Shown here in pieces: positions 48,155-57,354 of a stretch of DNA of 64,000 bases; within the stretch, counting starts at the first letter, position 1; each line of letters opens with the position of its first letter. The notes under the pieces are model-generated. The model was given only the letters and a program-made list of their open reading frames with translations, had not been told where the DNA came from and did not search any database. Source of the stretch: a virus; IMG/VR virus record IMGVR_UViG_3300046820_003928, positions 64,001-128,000 of that record; one strand, written 5' to 3'. The position numbers and the translations under genes were made by a program.

Positions 48155-48874
48155 TTAGAATATGTCGAACTCACACTCTTTCATAGTTTCTCTATAGTGC
48201 TTCTTGATAGCGGACATTGCAGTTGAAATCTGCTTTGTATTAAGATTCGTCATTTCTCTGATGTAGACAAAAATTGCTCGCTTATTAAAGAAATCAATGT
48301 CATCAATGTTCTGGAATATCTTGACAATTGCTTCCATGCATATTCTTTCATTTTCCTGTGAAACTCTGTCAGATATTTCAAAAAATAGCATATCAAGTTG
48401 TTCCGTCTGAGCTGACTTCTTACCACCTTCTCCGTACAGCTCAAAAGATGCTTCAACCGTGTTTAAAACATCAAGCTCTGGAACAATTGCCTTGTCATCA
48501 ATGTTGAAATGTCTCTTTGCGTACTTGATCTTCTGTCTCATTCTCATGATGATCCAGTTTTTGGCAACAACATTAAAATAAGAAAATGCCTTGCTACCTC
48601 TGGATGCATCAAATTTCTTCAGCTTCTCATAAAGAAAGCTGATGCAGTCACTTTTAAACTCTTCAACTGAAACATGTGTGTTTGCACTATGAATGAAGAT
48701 TAGATTTTCAACTAACTTTGTGAAAGCAGGAAGAATCTCAGATGTATAAATTAGATTTCTTGCTTCAATGTCATCCTCTTGCTGGAATTTTACGATAGCA
48801 TCGTGTGTCCCAGAATGGAAATACATCTTTAGGTCGTTTTTCTTGGGAGATCCCGTTTTTCTAGTCTTCTTCAT
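48155..48874 (-). CDS. gp55: Late-transcription sigma factor (T4 gp55-like)
   Basis: FTKLVENLI...KLKKFDASRGSKAFSYFNVVAKNWI (sigma region 2); ATG 48874 after GGAG. Confidence 0.75.
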   Translation of the reverse strand: MKKTRKTGSPKKNDLKMYFHSGTHDAIVKFQQEDDIEARNLIYTSEILPAFTKLVENLIFIHSANTHVSVEEFKSDCISFLYEKLKKFDASRGSKAFSYFNVVAKNWIIMRMRQKIKYAKRHFNIDDKAIVPELDVLNTVEASFELYGEGGKKSAQTEQLDMLFFEISDRVSQENERICMEAIVKIFQNIDDIDFFNKRAIFVYIREMTNLNTKQISTAMSAIKKHYRETMKECEFDIF

Positions 48875-49148
48875 TCTTCGATCTCCCAAACTGGGAAAGA
48901 TTGTTTGCAATTGAAAGAAGAAGATCTTGACTTGACTTTATTTCTTGGATTACCTGTCTCACTTCTACAGAATCAAAAAATACGGGTTTTTCCAGGATTT
49001 TGGCAAAAATTCCATATTTTTCATCGAGTCTGTCAAGACCTTCTTCGATAGCATCGACACAATTCAAAATAATTATTCCAAATTTTATGTTGAAATAAAT
49101 AGAGACAACAAGAAGAACAAAAAAGACAAGAGATAAAATCTCAAACAT
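48861..49148 (-). CDS. Small single-TM membrane protein with coiled coil
   Basis: N-terminal ILSLVFFVLLVVSIYFNIKFGIIIL. Confidence 0.6.
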   Translation of the reverse strand: MFEILSLVFFVLLVVSIYFNIKFGIIILNCVDAIEEGLDRLDEKYGIFAKILEKPVFFDSVEVRQVIQEIKSSQDLLLSIANNLSQFGRSKNEED

Positions 49149-50301
49149 CTTTTAGTATCTGCGAGAATACGTCATTGTAGATTTTAAGAATGGAATTCTT
49201 TGAGAACTTCTCAAGACATTTACTCTTAAGATCTTTTGCCCATTCTGCAGGCATTTGACTTGATTCTCTAAATTTTTTAATCTTCTTTTTGAAATCTTCT
49301 TCTCTAGGTTTTGCCCACTTGGATCCCTTGATAAAGATTCTTTCATCTGCTCTTGAATCTGAGATCTCTACTAGGTCTGACTCTATCTTAATCCATTTTC
49401 CAAGATTCAAAAACTCAGTATGGGCAGACCAGTTTGTAGCGATAACTGGAAGACCAGATGCTGCTGCTTCAAGTAGGGGTAGACCGAAGCCTTCTCCTCT
49501 TGTTAGACTTACAAGTGCACGAATAGATTTGTCTCTGTAAAGACTTGCAATCTCTTCATTTGTCATGCATCCATGAACAAAATAAACTGGGACTTTGCTT
49601 TCTCCTCTTGTCTGGGAGATGACTCGATTTAAAACTTGCTCTGTAAGAGATCTATCTATGGTTGTTCCACGACCGCTATTTGTCTTTAGGACGATTCCAA
49701 CATCTTTGTCTGCTTTAAAAGTTTCGAAGATCCACTTCAGTGTATTTGCAATGTTCTTTCTATCGTGTTCTGGATCAGCTGCTGTAAGCTGACTTACAAT
49801 TAAAAAGTTGAAATTTGTTCTTGTAGTTATATCAGCTATTTTTGAATCACTTTCAATTTCTTCAATAAACCACTCAGGAACAACAAAGATAGGCTTTTCA
49901 ACTTTTCCAGTATTCAAAAGAACGTCTTTTGTGAACTGAGAGGGTACAATAATGGCATCCATCTTGTTGCACTTCTCAATCCAGGCAGGGTTGCACTTGT
50001 CTGTCTCAACAGCTGCAGTTACACCCACGTTTATTTTTGCGAGGGTGTCTGACCATTCATCAGGAAGCTGCACCTGGAAGGAAACATCAAAACCGCTCTG
50101 TCTATCTGTTGAGCGCTTCATGATTTCACCAGAAAGTCCGCCTTCTTCCTCTGGATTAATCATCCAAGATGTATTTCCCCACTGGACAACTTGAGAAAAT
50201 ACATTTGCGTCAGGTATTCTCTTTACTGCTTCAAATAGCTGTCTGCTATGATGTCCATACCCGGAGATGCTCAACAAGGGAGCCCGAACTACTATCTCCA
50301 T
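49141..50301 (-). CDS. GT4 (GT-B) glycosyltransferase
   Basis: SGYGHHSR, RKN, GEGFGLPLLEAAASGLPVIAT; ATG 50301 coupled to the upstream stop. Confidence 0.9.
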   Translation of the reverse strand: MEIVVRAPLLSISGYGHHSRQLFEAVKRIPDANVFSQVVQWGNTSWMINPEEEGGLSGEIMKRSTDRQSGFDVSFQVQLPDEWSDTLAKINVGVTAAVETDKCNPAWIEKCNKMDAIIVPSQFTKDVLLNTGKVEKPIFVVPEWFIEEIESDSKIADITTRTNFNFLIVSQLTAADPEHDRKNIANTLKWIFETFKADKDVGIVLKTNSGRGTTIDRSLTEQVLNRVISQTRGESKVPVYFVHGCMTNEEIASLYRDKSIRALVSLTRGEGFGLPLLEAAASGLPVIATNWSAHTEFLNLGKWIKIESDLVEISDSRADERIFIKGSKWAKPREEDFKKKIKKFRESSQMPAEWAKDLKSKCLEKFSKNSILKIYNDVFSQILKDV

Positions 50302-51542
50302 CACATCTCCTTCACGGTGAATGTCTTTCTTTTTGTCTTCCAACTATCTACAAGATTACTTGCTGTGCTATGCCAATCGTCTATCGTCTTATTGAATGAA
50401 AACTCAGATCTTGCATAGTCAAAGACCTTCTTTCGAAGATTCTCTTTCTCAGAGTCTGATAGATTAAACATCTTCATGATTGCTCGAGAAGTGTTCTCTG
50501 TAGAAACATAGTCTTCATAGATGTATGGAACTCCTTGAGATCCAACCATCACCTTCATATCAATGTCCAGGGCGACGCCATTGTGAGACCCATCCCTATG
50601 ATCGACTGCCTGTCTCGTTAGACCGCCCGTCTTTGCTGCGATGATGGGTACACCTGCATTCATTGCCTCAAGCGTGGCAAGACCAAAGCCCTCTGCAAAA
50701 CTGATGTTGAGACATACATCAGAAATATTGTATAGGATGTTCATCTTGTCGAATCCTAACCGCTCTCTTGAAAAGACGACATTTGATGAAATCCCAAAAT
50801 GATCACACACGGCATAAAGATTTGGCCCCTCTTGATCGAGGGGATCAGTATGCATAATCAGGGTGGCTCTCTGGTGACCTTTCTCTCTCTTCAGATCATC
50901 AAGAAAAATCTTCCATGACTCAATGACGTCACTTGGTCTCTTTCTTCTTGCATTTCTATTAACCCAGATTGCAACAAAATCATCAGCTCTATTGTGTCCA
51001 AGGAGAGAAGACTTATGCATCTTCTTCTCTTGCATAGAGATTGGATAGAAAAGATCTGGAGGAAGAGAATGAGGAATAAAGTTTGTCTTATCTGGAAACT
51101 TATCTTTCAACATTGAATATGTTGCGTAAGAATGACAGTTGATAAGATCTGTCGCCTCATAGAGTGGAGCATTAAATGCCGGATAGGGTAGATTATCCCA
51201 GACATGCCACCACGCAATGGGACAAACCTGATGAATCTCATCCTCCATCTCAAACAGCCAAATAAAGAATCTTGGGTCTGTAAAGATTAACAGAAGATCG
51301 GGCTTCTCTGTGGCAAGTGTCACTCGAAGAAGATCTCTGTTTCCAAATCCATCGATGGGCTTGATGATAAAATCATCATTGACAACAACTGTTCGATAGT
51401 CTGTGTGCTTCATTGCAGCACCAAACTGCCTAAATGTCCATCCGCCCTTCTGGAGAAGTCCATTTACCAGGTGACGTGTTTGAGTTCCAACTCCGGAAGT
51501 TGAAAGAGCGTGATCAGATAGAATTAGTACTTTCTTTTTCAT
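50301..51542 (-). CDS. GT4 (GT-B) glycosyltransferase
   Basis: SGVGTQTR, NRNARRK, AEGFGLATLEAMNAGVPII. Confidence 0.9.
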   Translation of the reverse strand: MKKKVLILSDHALSTSGVGTQTRHLVNGLLQKGGWTFRQFGAAMKHTDYRTVVVNDDFIIKPIDGFGNRDLLRVTLATEKPDLLLIFTDPRFFIWLFEMEDEIHQVCPIAWWHVWDNLPYPAFNAPLYEATDLINCHSYATYSMLKDKFPDKTNFIPHSLPPDLFYPISMQEKKMHKSSLLGHNRADDFVAIWVNRNARRKRPSDVIESWKIFLDDLKREKGHQRATLIMHTDPLDQEGPNLYAVCDHFGISSNVVFSRERLGFDKMNILYNISDVCLNISFAEGFGLATLEAMNAGVPIIAAKTGGLTRQAVDHRDGSHNGVALDIDMKVMVGSQGVPYIYEDYVSTENTSRAIMKMFNLSDSEKENLRKKVFDYARSEFSFNKTIDDWHSTASNLVDSWKTKRKTFTVKEM

Positions 51543-51565
51543 GTCTATTTATCTAAAGATAGTGA

Positions 51566-52381
51566 CTATTTACCAGGCGTAAATGCTGAAAATTCAGAGG
51601 ATCCTGGACAATGATCTGTTCCTTTGAATTCACAGTATGTGCAAGACATTCTGTTCTTAATTACCTTTCCAGACTGGACGCTTGTTATCATCGAAGTAAC
51701 AAGCTTGTTTGCATTCTCGAGAGTTTTGGGACCGACAGAGATATCGATTAGTTCACAAGCCTTTCCTGGCTTTGTACCCCGCTTTAAAAGAACAAAGCCG
51801 CACTTAATTTCTTTGGGATCTATCTCAAACTTCTGGCTTGTGTAATACTTGTAGAGTGCAAGCTGCGCCTGAACTAGGAAATCTCTTCGCTTATCAGCAT
51901 TCCACCCTCTTGCAGACGTCGTCTTCCAGTCAATGAGCCAGAGACGATCTTGTCCTCTTTTATTCTTGGCCTTGATCATTCCGTCAATAAATCCCTTGAA
52001 CTTGACGCTATGACCTTCAACAGACTCATACAATGCATGCTCAGATGAAATACACTCCCACCCTGGAAAGTTTTCTTCAAGAAATTGCGGTATCTCTTCG
52101 ATTATTTGCTTTGCTTCTTTGACCCAGGGATCAGGATTTCCAAATCCTTTTTTCTCCCATCCTGTTCGAATATTCTCTTCAAGTCTCTCAAGATTGAAGG
52201 TTCGAGACTTTAGAAAATCCTCACACTCAAGATGGACGTGTGTTCCAAAGTCGATGTTAGGGCTTGGCTTGAACATGTCAATTTTGTCAATATAGACAAG
52301 CCTATGACGCCAAGAGCATTCTTTCCAAGCCCTAACCTCAGAATATGAAACGTGTGGTTTACCAGTTGGGAATGTAGTCAC
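51566..52381 (-). CDS. Cas4/RecB-like PD-(D/E)XK exonuclease with predicted Fe-S cysteines
   Basis: SYS...EC, FGTHVH, GFID, IDWKT, QLALY, CTYC...HC. Confidence 0.85.
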   Translation of the reverse strand: MTTFPTGKPHVSYSEVRAWKECSWRHRLVYIDKIDMFKPSPNIDFGTHVHLECEDFLKSRTFNLERLEENIRTGWEKKGFGNPDPWVKEAKQIIEEIPQFLEENFPGWECISSEHALYESVEGHSVKFKGFIDGMIKAKNKRGQDRLWLIDWKTTSARGWNADKRRDFLVQAQLALYKYYTSQKFEIDPKEIKCGFVLLKRGTKPGKACELIDISVGPKTLENANKLVTSMITSVQSGKVIKNRMSCTYCEFKGTDHCPGSSEFSAFTPGK

Positions 52382-52387
52382 AACCTA

Positions 52388-52416
52388 AAAATAATCAAAA
52401 ATTTAAACTTTTACAA
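52388..52416 (-). promoter_or_regulatory. Sigma70-type promoter TTGTAA-17-TATTTT, leaderless to the exonuclease
   Basis: Fills the whole intergenic gap; -10 ends 6 nt before the GTG. Confidence 0.45.
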
Positions 52417-52417
52417 G

Positions 52418-53383
52418 CTAAATGACCTCTTTCCAATAGTCGACCATTTCCTTGATCATTGTTTCAAAAGTATAAGTCGGTTCCCAGCCTAGAACTCTTC
52501 TTGCCTTTTCTGAGTCTCCACACAGATAGTTCAATTCCTCGGGTCTTTTGAATTTGTCATCTTGCACAACAAAATCACGATAATCCATTCCAAGATGCTC
52601 AAAAGTAACCTTGCAAAGATCTCTAACAGATTGAGTTTTTCCTGTTGCCACAACAAAATCATCAGCAACATTGTGATTCACTATAAGATTCATTGCCTTA
52701 ACGTAATCTTTTGAATGTCCCCAGTCTCGATATGAATCTAAATTTCCTAAAACAAGCTTGTCTGCCTGTCCTTTAGAAATCTGGACTGCAGTTTTTACGA
52801 CTTTATTTGTAACAAAATTCGAACCTCTTCTAGGAGACTCGTGATTGAAAAGAATTCCATTGCAAGCGTGTAAACCATAGGCATGACGATAATGTCTAAC
52901 AAGATTAAAACCTAAAAGTTTTGCGCAGCCATATGGGCTAACTGGTTTCATTTGTGTATTCTCATTTTGAGAACCGTTTGATTCTACACTATTACCAAAC
53001 ATCTCAGAAGATGAAGCTTGATAGAATTTTGCATTAGGAGAAATGTTTCTATATGCCTCTAGAGCATTTAGAACACCTACGGCGTTTGTCTGAATGGTGA
53101 ATGCAGGCATATCAAAGCTAATTCTAACATGACTCATTGCGCCCAGGTTATAGATCTCATCTGGCATAACATCGCCAAAAATTCTATTAATTGAAAATGG
53201 ATCCAGCAAATCACCATAATGTGTGACTATCTTTCCCACAAGATGCTTGATTCTTGCATCTTGATTTTCTGCAACTGAATGTCTACGAACTATTCCATGA
53301 ACTTCGTATCCTTTCTCGATCAAATGCTCAGCAAGATAGCTTCCATCCTGCCCAGAGATTCCTGTTATAAGAGCTTTTTTCAC
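52418..53383 (-). CDS. gmd: GDP-mannose 4,6-dehydratase
   Basis: ALITGISGQDGSYLAE, FYQASSSE, SPYGCAK, GILFNHESPRRG, RDWGH. Confidence 0.96.
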   Translation of the reverse strand: MKKALITGISGQDGSYLAEHLIEKGYEVHGIVRRHSVAENQDARIKHLVGKIVTHYGDLLDPFSINRIFGDVMPDEIYNLGAMSHVRISFDMPAFTIQTNAVGVLNALEAYRNISPNAKFYQASSSEMFGNSVESNGSQNENTQMKPVSPYGCAKLLGFNLVRHYRHAYGLHACNGILFNHESPRRGSNFVTNKVVKTAVQISKGQADKLVLGNLDSYRDWGHSKDYVKAMNLIVNHNVADDFVVATGKTQSVRDLCKVTFEHLGMDYRDFVVQDDKFKRPEELNYLCGDSEKARRVLGWEPTYTFETMIKEMVDYWKEVI

Positions 53384-54112
53384 TTATTCTCCAAAAATTG
53401 TTAGATCTGAGAGCTTTGTGTAATTGTAAGATCCCCCAGAATCCTCGTTCACTGTTGGAACTTGATCCATAAGAAGAATGCCGCGAGCTGCATCTTCGGG
53501 TGTCATGTACATATGATAACCTAGAATTCTAACATGACCATCATTGGTGTAAGGAGTTGTTAGATCTCTACCGTCATAAGAAGCAAGTTTTAGCCACCTT
53601 GCTGCTTCTTCATCATTTGTTAGAATAATTCCACCTTTTCCAATCGGGACTCGCTTTTTAAGCTGGAAGGATACCACTTGTAATGCATCTTCTCCCACAA
53701 ACATTCCTTGTGTCCACCTAACGGCTGCATCCCAGATTCTTGTTCCTTCTAGCTGGTAGAGTCCACTCCACTCTAGATCTTTAAATTTCACTGCAAGACC
53801 TGCATGCTTGATTTGCATAGGTACAGAGACATATGTTCGATCTGGAATTGTAATGATACTATTATCGTCTAGTTCACCTTTGTACTGGAGAAACTTAAGA
53901 GATAGAAATAGACCGTGGGAGCAACAATCTGTCGTAATTGCATATTTTGCTCCTGCAAAGTCAGCTACTTTTTTCTCAAAAATATCCACTACATCTCGAG
54001 GATCTTTCCATTCATATCCATGACTCTTGATGGTTTCTAGTTCATGTCTTTGGAACTCTTTGGGAAGTTTACCAAGAGGCCAACTATTATATTGATACTT
54101 GCTTTTTTCCAT
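53384..54112 (-). CDS. Short DegT/DnrJ/EryC1/StrS-family PLP enzyme
   Basis: FEKKVADFAGAKYAI, WDAA, SFQLKK (PLP lysine region), GGIILT, GYHMYM; ATG 54112. Confidence 0.8.
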   Translation of the reverse strand: MEKSKYQYNSWPLGKLPKEFQRHELETIKSHGYEWKDPRDVVDIFEKKVADFAGAKYAITTDCCSHGLFLSLKFLQYKGELDDNSIITIPDRTYVSVPMQIKHAGLAVKFKDLEWSGLYQLEGTRIWDAAVRWTQGMFVGEDALQVVSFQLKKRVPIGKGGIILTNDEEAARWLKLASYDGRDLTTPYTNDGHVRILGYHMYMTPEDAARGILLMDQVPTVNEDSGGSYNYTKLSDLTIFGE

Positions 54113-54791
54113 GTTGATCACACTCAATAATATCGTGAAATTCTTCAATGATTAAATGAATTGCACTTTGACCTAGATGAATATCATCCATAATGTATTT
54201 CTGGTCTGTCAATCCATTAGAGAGAATCATTTTTTTTGTGATGTCCCTGTATAGGACATATTCATTATCACATTCTTTTCTTAAAATTTCATTAAAAAGA
54301 AGCGTCATTTTATTTCTAGTTAAAACATTTCCATAGCCAGGAGCGTCTGCTGAGGCGATTGGTCCATAGACTCCGAGTTTAGGATGTATAGTTTTTACAG
54401 ATCTAATCGTATTCAAATAGTTTTCAATACAGGTCTTAATAGTTTTTTCGTAAGATTCTGAATTTCTATCCGCAATATAGCCTATGTGGTGCCTAATATC
54501 AATTTCACCAAAAGATAAAAAGACATAGTTGTTTTGAGTTATTTTGTATTGTTCAATAACTTCTTTGATTTTTTCTATCTTTGTATAAGAATTAAATGCT
54601 GTGTGAGCACCTATTCTAACAGCACAAAAATATGGAATTTTTTGTTCAAAACGATTCACTTTTTCTTTTATTTGGCCTTCTTTCAGAGTATAGCAAGATC
54701 CAAATTCTGGCTGCATGTGTCTCAATCCATCATGAGTCTTGTCAGCTCCTGAGAAAACAGAAACATGACTATCACCTATTAAATAAATCAT
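54087..54791 (-). CDS. SGNH/GDSL-like hydrolase
   Basis: LIGDSH, FGEIDIR, DDIHL. Confidence 0.65.
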   Translation of the reverse strand: MIYLIGDSHVSVFSGADKTHDGLRHMQPEFGSCYTLKEGQIKEKVNRFEQKIPYFCAVRIGAHTAFNSYTKIEKIKEVIEQYKITQNNYVFLSFGEIDIRHHIGYIADRNSESYEKTIKTCIENYLNTIRSVKTIHPKLGVYGPIASADAPGYGNVLTRNKMTLLFNEILRKECDNEYVLYRDITKKMILSNGLTDQKYIMDDIHLGQSAIHLIIEEFHDIIECDQHGKKQVSI

Positions 54792-55608
54792 TTGAATACA
54801 CCTTTTTGATATTTTCTGTCAACATAATAGAAACCATTGATATTGCAGAAATATCTGCCTTTAGAAGGAAGTCACATTTAGACAGCGCATAAATCTCTCT
54901 CATACACTCTAAACCTAATTTGTAGTTGTGCATGGGTCTTACGTAGGCATGCCTATCATATGGATCTAAATGCTGATTTATGATATCTGCCCTATAAAAA
55001 TCTTCGTGGTATATTATGGGAATATCTACAGATCTCTGTATTTCATGTATTGATTCTATTGAATCTGAGGCTAGAAAAATTTGTTGTATTGAAGCATTCT
55101 CAATTAAAATTTTCTTGATTGAATTAATATATTGTTGAATATCAGAAACGTTGTTGTATCTTTTCATATCTGTCAGTCGAACTTGGACTCCAAGTGTCAC
55201 AAGATTCTTTATCTTTGATTCATAATATTCATTTATTTTTTGATTCAAATCTTCTTTCAAAGAAAAAGAATTATAGAATTTATCTTTCAATGTTACGAAA
55301 TCGGATGGGTCTTTAAAAATCTCTTGATTATTGTAGCTTATGGATCCGCATGTTACGCTATCAAAAAATTGATCAACATGTACCGGTCTAGCCTCTTGAT
55401 CAAAGTAGTATTCCCAACAGTTATCTGTGTTGAATAATGTGTGTTCTTTTTCTGTACAAACACAAGCGTTTTTTGACATATCAACAAAAAGTTTTTTATC
55501 GTTGCTTATCTGAGAAAGCGCATTTAAGACTATAAAAATATTTCCTGCAAAACCTACGCCAGCAAATTTGTGATCATTTGAAATCTTATTGAATTGCAAC
55601 AAGTTCAT
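54772..55608 (-). CDS. NodZ/GT23-like fucosyltransferase-family protein
   Basis: LGVQVRLTD, IFLASDS, LSKCDFLL. Confidence 0.65.
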   Translation of the reverse strand: MNLLQFNKISNDHKFAGVGFAGNIFIVLNALSQISNDKKLFVDMSKNACVCTEKEHTLFNTDNCWEYYFDQEARPVHVDQFFDSVTCGSISYNNQEIFKDPSDFVTLKDKFYNSFSLKEDLNQKINEYYESKIKNLVTLGVQVRLTDMKRYNNVSDIQQYINSIKKILIENASIQQIFLASDSIESIHEIQRSVDIPIIYHEDFYRADIINQHLDPYDRHAYVRPMHNYKLGLECMREIYALSKCDFLLKADISAISMVSIMLTENIKKVYSNDLFNR

Positions 55609-56129
55609 TCTTTGTATCCTAGTTCTTTGGCATTTTCTAGAATTTTATCTGGGTTTATTAGCTTAACTAGCTTTGCAGGATTTCCTTTATAAACTCCCCA
55701 CGGCACTGTGTCACCAATTAGAACACTACCAACAGTAACTAAAGTACCTTTTCTTAAGATAGACCCAGGCATTACAACGGCATTTGTTCCAATATTAGAG
55801 AATTCCTCCATAACTACGGGTTCAATTATTTGACTTCCCTTAAGATGTTTTGGAATCATTGCACCAAATAGACCAGAATCATCAAATCTATCAGATCCGC
55901 AAATAATTCTGGCTCCCGCCATAATGTTGTTGAATCCTAAAGCCGTAAATGATCCTAAATCTCCACCAATGCAAGTAACGTAAGGAGAGATGTGAATATA
56001 GTTACCTAATTTTAGCTGTGTGGTACAATAAAATCCTTTATCAATAGCTACATGATCACCAATAGATGCATTTTCATGATTTTTTATGTAAACATCAGAA
56101 TTTATAATAACATCCTTTCCTAGTATCAT
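55605..56129 (-). CDS. Hexapeptide-repeat (LbH) acyltransferase
   Basis: IGDHVAI, IGTNAVVMPG, YKGNPAK. Confidence 0.85.
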   Translation of the reverse strand: MILGKDVIINSDVYIKNHENASIGDHVAIDKGFYCTTQLKLGNYIHISPYVTCIGGDLGSFTALGFNNIMAGARIICGSDRFDDSGLFGAMIPKHLKGSQIIEPVVMEEFSNIGTNAVVMPGSILRKGTLVTVGSVLIGDTVPWGVYKGNPAKLVKLINPDKILENAKELGYKE

Positions 56130-56138
56130 CTATTTCAC

Positions 56139-56561
56139 CTAAATGAAGACTTTATCGTTGGACTGACCTTCGTATGGTCCCGTCTTGTACTCATATACGA
56201 TGGTGTCATCCTCTAATATCTCATAGTTGTGACCAGCATCTAAGGTAAAACTAGCATCACCTTGTTCAAGGATTGGAGTTGCAAGAACTGTATCATCAAT
56301 ATCATAGAAAATACATCTAACTCTACCTTTAATTACAACCCAAGATTCCTGAGCAATCTGCTCATGATACTCTCTATGCTTTCTAATGTGCTTATGAGGC
56401 TTAAAAGTTTTTCCACCATTCATTGACAAGAAAGAACATTGAATAAAGTTATTTTCATCAATCAAGTCAACTCGATGATTCTCGCCCGTCTTAATGTTAA
56501 GACGGTGAATTACATGAAGAAGCTTGCAAGGATCAACTTTAGAGTAGTATTTCTCAATCAT
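56139..56561 (-). CDS. WbuC-like cupin
   Basis: PHKH...QESWVVIKG...GHNYEILED...EYKTGPY. Confidence 0.75.
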   Translation of the reverse strand: MIEKYYSKVDPCKLLHVIHRLNIKTGENHRVDLIDENNFIQCSFLSMNGGKTFKPHKHIRKHREYHEQIAQESWVVIKGRVRCIFYDIDDTVLATPILEQGDASFTLDAGHNYEILEDDTIVYEYKTGPYEGQSNDKVFI

Positions 56562-57354
56562 TTAGGTAATTCTCACATAGATAGTCTTCTGCTATTGGCA
56601 AACTATTTGTAATATCAAAATTTTCTTCAATTGCTTTCATTTTATCATAATATATGCTTTCATCAAGATTTTTAATATCAGTGTTGTCATCTAGAAATAT
56701 AACTCCATCTGGATTGAAGAATTTTTCAATAGATCTTGTGCCCCAATAGATTGGAATTGTTTTAGAAGCAAAACAATCAGTTAGTTTTTCAGTAAACATT
56801 GTATCATAATTTCCATTTTCAATGGCTACAGAAAACTTGTAATCAAATAAGCCTTCATCTTTGGTTTTAATTTCATTAAAACCCCTTCCAAAGTGATCAA
56901 CTTGATTCTTAAACTTCTGTATTAGATGCTGTCGATATAAGTGCTCATTGCACATAATTTTTGAAGATGCAATCATTGATACTTTTTTAGACTTTGGCCT
57001 ATTGTCAAAATCTCCAACCCAGGGCTTGGAATTGCATATTACAAATTTTATTTTATTAGAAAGAGACATCAAGCTCTTGTCGTGTGTAAAGATATAATCA
57101 AATTCTTGCTCAAGAAAACTAATGTTATTCTCTACTGCAGAATATACGCCAGGTATGATTGATCTTGCTTCAACAATCCAGGCATAGTTCTTATTTCTTT
57201 TATTAACCCTGTGCGTGAACATTGCATTATCAATGTGAATTGATATATTGCTTGATAAATCCTTTGTCCATTCTATTTTGGTTGGAACGTAACCCGCAGA
57301 TGAGCAAATGTCGTGCTGAAAACCCCCGCCAACCATGTTGACTTTTATTCTCAT
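56554..57354 (-). CDS. GT10 alpha-1,3-fucosyltransferase-like protein
   Basis: YKFSVAIEN...TEKLTDCF...IPIYWG. Confidence 0.8.
   Translation of the reverse strand: MRIKVNMVGGGFQHDICSSAGYVPTKIEWTKDLSSNISIHIDNAMFTHRVNKRNKNYAWIVEARSIIPGVYSAVENNISFLEQEFDYIFTHDKSLMSLSNKIKFVICNSKPWVGDFDNRPKSKKVSMIASSKIMCNEHLYRQHLIQKFKNQVDHFGRGFNEIKTKDEGLFDYKFSVAIENGNYDTMFTEKLTDCFASKTIPIYWGTRSIEKFFNPDGVIFLDDNTDIKNLDESIYYDKMKAIEENFDITNSLPIAEDYLCENYLND

Noticed and set aside
48861-49148. Holin or spanin call for the small TM protein
   Set aside because: No adjacent endolysin or lipoprotein partner; a single TM segment is insufficient
51566-52381. Cas4-like gene as evidence of CRISPR-Cas
   Set aside because: No repeat-spacer array or other cas genes; solo Cas4-like nucleases are common in phages
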